Positions 62,090-64,000 of a stretch of 64,000 nt of DNA are shown here, one piece after another. Where the stretch lies: NCBI GenBank assembly GCA_022616055.1, contig JAKEFM010000315.1:8366-72365 (forward strand). The letters are read 5' to 3'. The translations under genes were made by a program, and so were the position numbers. Position 1 is the stretch's first letter. The number at the start of each line of letters is the position of its first letter. The notes under the pieces are model-generated. The model was not told where the DNA came from and did not search any database. It was given only the letters and a program-made list of their open reading frames with translations. This DNA is from Planctomycetota bacterium (lineage in GTDB: Bacteria; Planctomycetota; UBA1135; JAKEFM01).

Positions 62090-62695
62090 ATGCCCCTGCG
62101 GATCGTCGTGGGGCTCGGGAACCCGGGCGAGGAGTATCGCGGAACGCGGCACAACGCCGGCTTCGAGATCCTCGACCGGATCTCGGCCCGGCTGCGCCTC
62201 GCGTTCGGGAAGCCTCGGTGGGGGCGGGTCCCCCCGGCGGAGGTCGCGGCGGACCCGGCGGGCGGATTCCTCCTCCTCAAGCCGAAGACGTTCATGAACC
62301 TATCGGGTGACGCGGTCGCGAAGGCGTGCGAAGTCCACGGGGCGGGCCCCGGGGACCTCCTCGTCGTCTGCGACGATCTCAACCTCCCCGTCGGCCGCCT
62401 GCGGCTGAGGGCGGAGGGGAGCGCCGGGGGCCACCATGGACTCGAGTCGGTGATCGGGAGGCTCGGGACGACGGGCTTCGCCCGGCTGCGCGTCGGGATC
62501 GGCTCCGTCCCCGGCGACGCCGTCCCGCACGTGCTCGGGAGGTCCGCGCCCGCGGAGCGCCCGGCGATGGAGGCCGCCTTCGAGCGGGCGGCCGACGCCG
62601 CCCGGCGCTGGCTCGACGGGACGAGCGTCGCGACGTTGATGAACGAGGTGAACCGCAGACCCGAGGGCGAGGCGCCCCCGGGAGGTGAGGCGTGA
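62090..62695 (+). CDS. pth: peptidyl-tRNA hydrolase
   Basis: Full ORF of 201 aa with canonical Pth motifs: VGLGNPGEEYRGTRHNAGF, KPKTFMNLSG, DDLNLPVGRLRLR, GGHHGL. Confidence 0.9.
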   Translation: MPLRIVVGLGNPGEEYRGTRHNAGFEILDRISARLRLAFGKPRWGRVPPAEVAADPAGGFLLLKPKTFMNLSGDAVAKACEVHGAGPGDLLVVCDDLNLPVGRLRLRAEGSAGGHHGLESVIGRLGTTGFARLRVGIGSVPGDAVPHVLGRSAPAERPAMEAAFERAADAARRWLDGTSVATLMNEVNRRPEGEAPPGGEA

Positions 62696-63117
62696 AGCCG
62701 AAGATCTACGAGGCGATGATCCTCCTCGACAACCGGGAGGCGAAGAAGGACGGCGCGGCCATCGAGCAGAAGGTGACGGGCCTCCTCGAGAAGCACGGGG
62801 GGAAGGTCCTCGTCGCCCGCGTCTGGGACGAGCGCAAGCTCGCCTACGAGATCCGGGGGCAGAAGCGGGCGACCTACTTTCTCGCCTACTTCGAGACGAC
62901 CCCCGACAAGATCACGCCCCTCCTCCACGACCTCTACCTGACGGAGGCGGTGCTCCGCGTGCTCACCCTCGTCGTCGAGGCGGTCCCCCCCTCCGCCTTC
63001 GAGGCGCCGCCCCCGGCGCGGGGCGAGGAGGGGGAGGCGACGATCGAGCCCGCCCCGCCGCCCCGGACGGAGGAGCCGGTCGCCGCGGCGCCGGCGGCCG
63101 AGGAGACCCGCGCATGA
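62692..63117 (+). CDS. rpsF: 30S ribosomal protein S6
   Basis: Full ORF of 141 aa. The GTG start overlaps the pth stop (GTGA). It has YEAMILLDN, WDERKLAYEI and YFLAYFE, with a Pro/Ala/Glu-rich C-terminal tail. Confidence 0.9.
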   Translation: MKPKIYEAMILLDNREAKKDGAAIEQKVTGLLEKHGGKVLVARVWDERKLAYEIRGQKRATYFLAYFETTPDKITPLLHDLYLTEAVLRVLTLVVEAVPPSAFEAPPPARGEEGEATIEPAPPPRTEEPVAAAPAAEETRA

Positions 63118-63431
63118 TCCCCGATCCCAAGAGCCGTTCCTCCGACACGGCCGACTACGCCGTCGATGTCGAGGTCCCCCCCGAGGCGACCCCGCTCGCG
63201 CGGGGAGGGAAGGGCTTCAAGCGGTTCCGGGAGCGCCGGCGCTGCCGCTTCTGCGCGGACCGGATCGAGGCCCCCGACTACAAGGACATCGGCCGCCTCC
63301 AGAAGCTCCTCTCGAACCAGGGGCGGATCTACTCCCGCAAGCGGTCGGGCAACTGCGCCCGCCACCAGCGCCTCACCAAGCTCGCCCTCAAGCGGGCGCG
63401 CACCGTCTCCCTCCTCCCCTACCTCGCCTAG
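63114..63431 (+). CDS. rpsR: 30S ribosomal protein S18
   Basis: Last 105 aa of ORF 62685..63431(+). ATGA overlap with the rpsF stop. It has RRRCRFC....I.YKD...L..(F/L)(L/I)S..G(K/R)I..R...G.C..HQR.L..A(I/L)KRAR. Confidence 0.9.
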   Translation: MIPDPKSRSSDTADYAVDVEVPPEATPLARGGKGFKRFRERRRCRFCADRIEAPDYKDIGRLQKLLSNQGRIYSRKRSGNCARHQRLTKLALKRARTVSLLPYLA

Positions 63432-63446
63432 CCCGGGAGGTCCTCC

Positions 63447-63935
63447 ATGGCCCGCCACGTCCAGGTGCTCCTCCGCGAGAACGTCGAGAAGCTCGGCAAG
63501 ATCGGGGAGGTCGTCCGCGTCCGCCCCGGCTTCGCGCGCAACTTCCTCCTCCCGCGCCGGCTCGCCGTCTCCGCCACGGCCGACAACGTCCGGCGGATCG
63601 GCAAGGAGAAGGGGAAGCGCGCGGTCGAGGACGCCGCCCGCCTCGAGGCGGTCCGCGCGCTGGCGGCGAGGATCGCCGCGGCCGCGGTCAACATCGAGGC
63701 GAAGGTCGGCGAGGAGGGGCGCCTCTACGGATCGGTCGGAACGGCCCAGCTCGCGGCGGCGTTCGCCGCCCTCGGCCTCCCGGTCGAGGAGAAGCAGATC
63801 CGCCTCGAGCACCCGATCAAGGAGCGCGGCGTCTTCCCGATCCGCGTCCACCTCCACCCCGAGGTCGAGGTCGAGACGAAGGTCTGGGTCGTCGAGGAGA
63901 AGGGGACCGCGCCGGCGCCCGCCCCAGAGGCGTGA
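63447..63935 (+). CDS. rplI: 50S ribosomal protein L9
   Basis: Full ORF of 162 aa with GGGAGG about 7 nt upstream. VQVLLRENVEKLGKIGEVVRVRPGFARNFLLPRRLA is the canonical L9 N-domain. Confidence 0.9.
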   Translation: MARHVQVLLRENVEKLGKIGEVVRVRPGFARNFLLPRRLAVSATADNVRRIGKEKGKRAVEDAARLEAVRALAARIAAAAVNIEAKVGEEGRLYGSVGTAQLAAAFAALGLPVEEKQIRLEHPIKERGVFPIRVHLHPEVEVETKVWVVEEKGTAPAPAPEA

Positions 63936-64000
63936 GACCTCGGGGAGCGGGGAGCCACCTTCCCAGGTCCCGCGACCCCGCGCTCGACCGATCGGCCGGG

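Noticed and set aside
62692-63431. rpsF directly followed by rpsR with no ssb/priB gene between them, and long Pro/Ala/Glu tails on S6, L25 and GlmU
   Set aside because: Loss of ssb from this cluster and low-complexity tails are, as far as I know, common in several high-GC and PVC lineages. This is not evidence of anything unusual here.
1-64000. Search for rRNA, tRNA, CRISPR arrays, transposases, integrases or phage structural genes
   Set aside because: None was recognised on either strand. The only mobility signature is the integrase-less repeat-flanked insert at 34476..35442.

Overview
This is a 64-kb, very GC-rich (about 70% by eye) bacterial chromosomal segment. Its gene content points to a Planctomycetota/PVC-type organism: a PSD1 (DUF1549/DUF1553) + DUF1501 pair, many Tat-signal Gfo/Idh/MocA (GFO) oxidoreductases, DUF1080 and ThuA modules, and large secreted FG-GAP, SBBP and CarboxypepD_reg repeat proteins. 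I call 50 protein-coding genes plus one gene fragment. I found no rRNA, tRNA or CRISPR array. Most of the very long ORFs in the six-frame track are antisense or off-frame artefacts of the GC content. Real genes were picked by recognisable family motifs, signal peptides and 4-nt start/stop overlaps (ATGA, GTGA, TTGA), which are common here. The 3' end (58.9-63.9 kb) is a conserved housekeeping block: glmU-prs-rplY-pth-rpsF-rpsR-rplI. The rest is accessory, envelope and glycan-oxidation biology. The most interesting observations are listed here. (1) A tightly coupled five-gene operon, Tat-GFO / ApbE flavin transferase / Tat-GFO / single-CxxCH membrane protein / membrane-embedded spermidine-synthase-like protein, which I read as a candidate uncharacterised extracytoplasmic redox module. 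(2) An ~800-bp lower-GC insert carrying one lipoprotein gene, flanked by diverged direct copies of the 3' end of the spermidine-synthase-like gene. This looks like the scar of site-specific integration. (3) Duplicated DUF1080-DUF1080-GFO-GFO and ThuA-DUF1080-DUF1080 loci, interrupted by a leaderless two-gene nucleotidyltransferase module. (4) An in-frame TAG splitting a CarboxypepD_reg repeat protein. (5) A secreted protein with 44 uninterrupted Gly-X-Y collagen triplets. (6) A perfect CGACCCACGTGGGTCG palindrome found three times just downstream of stop codons. All family assignments come from reading the translations by eye. No database search was run.
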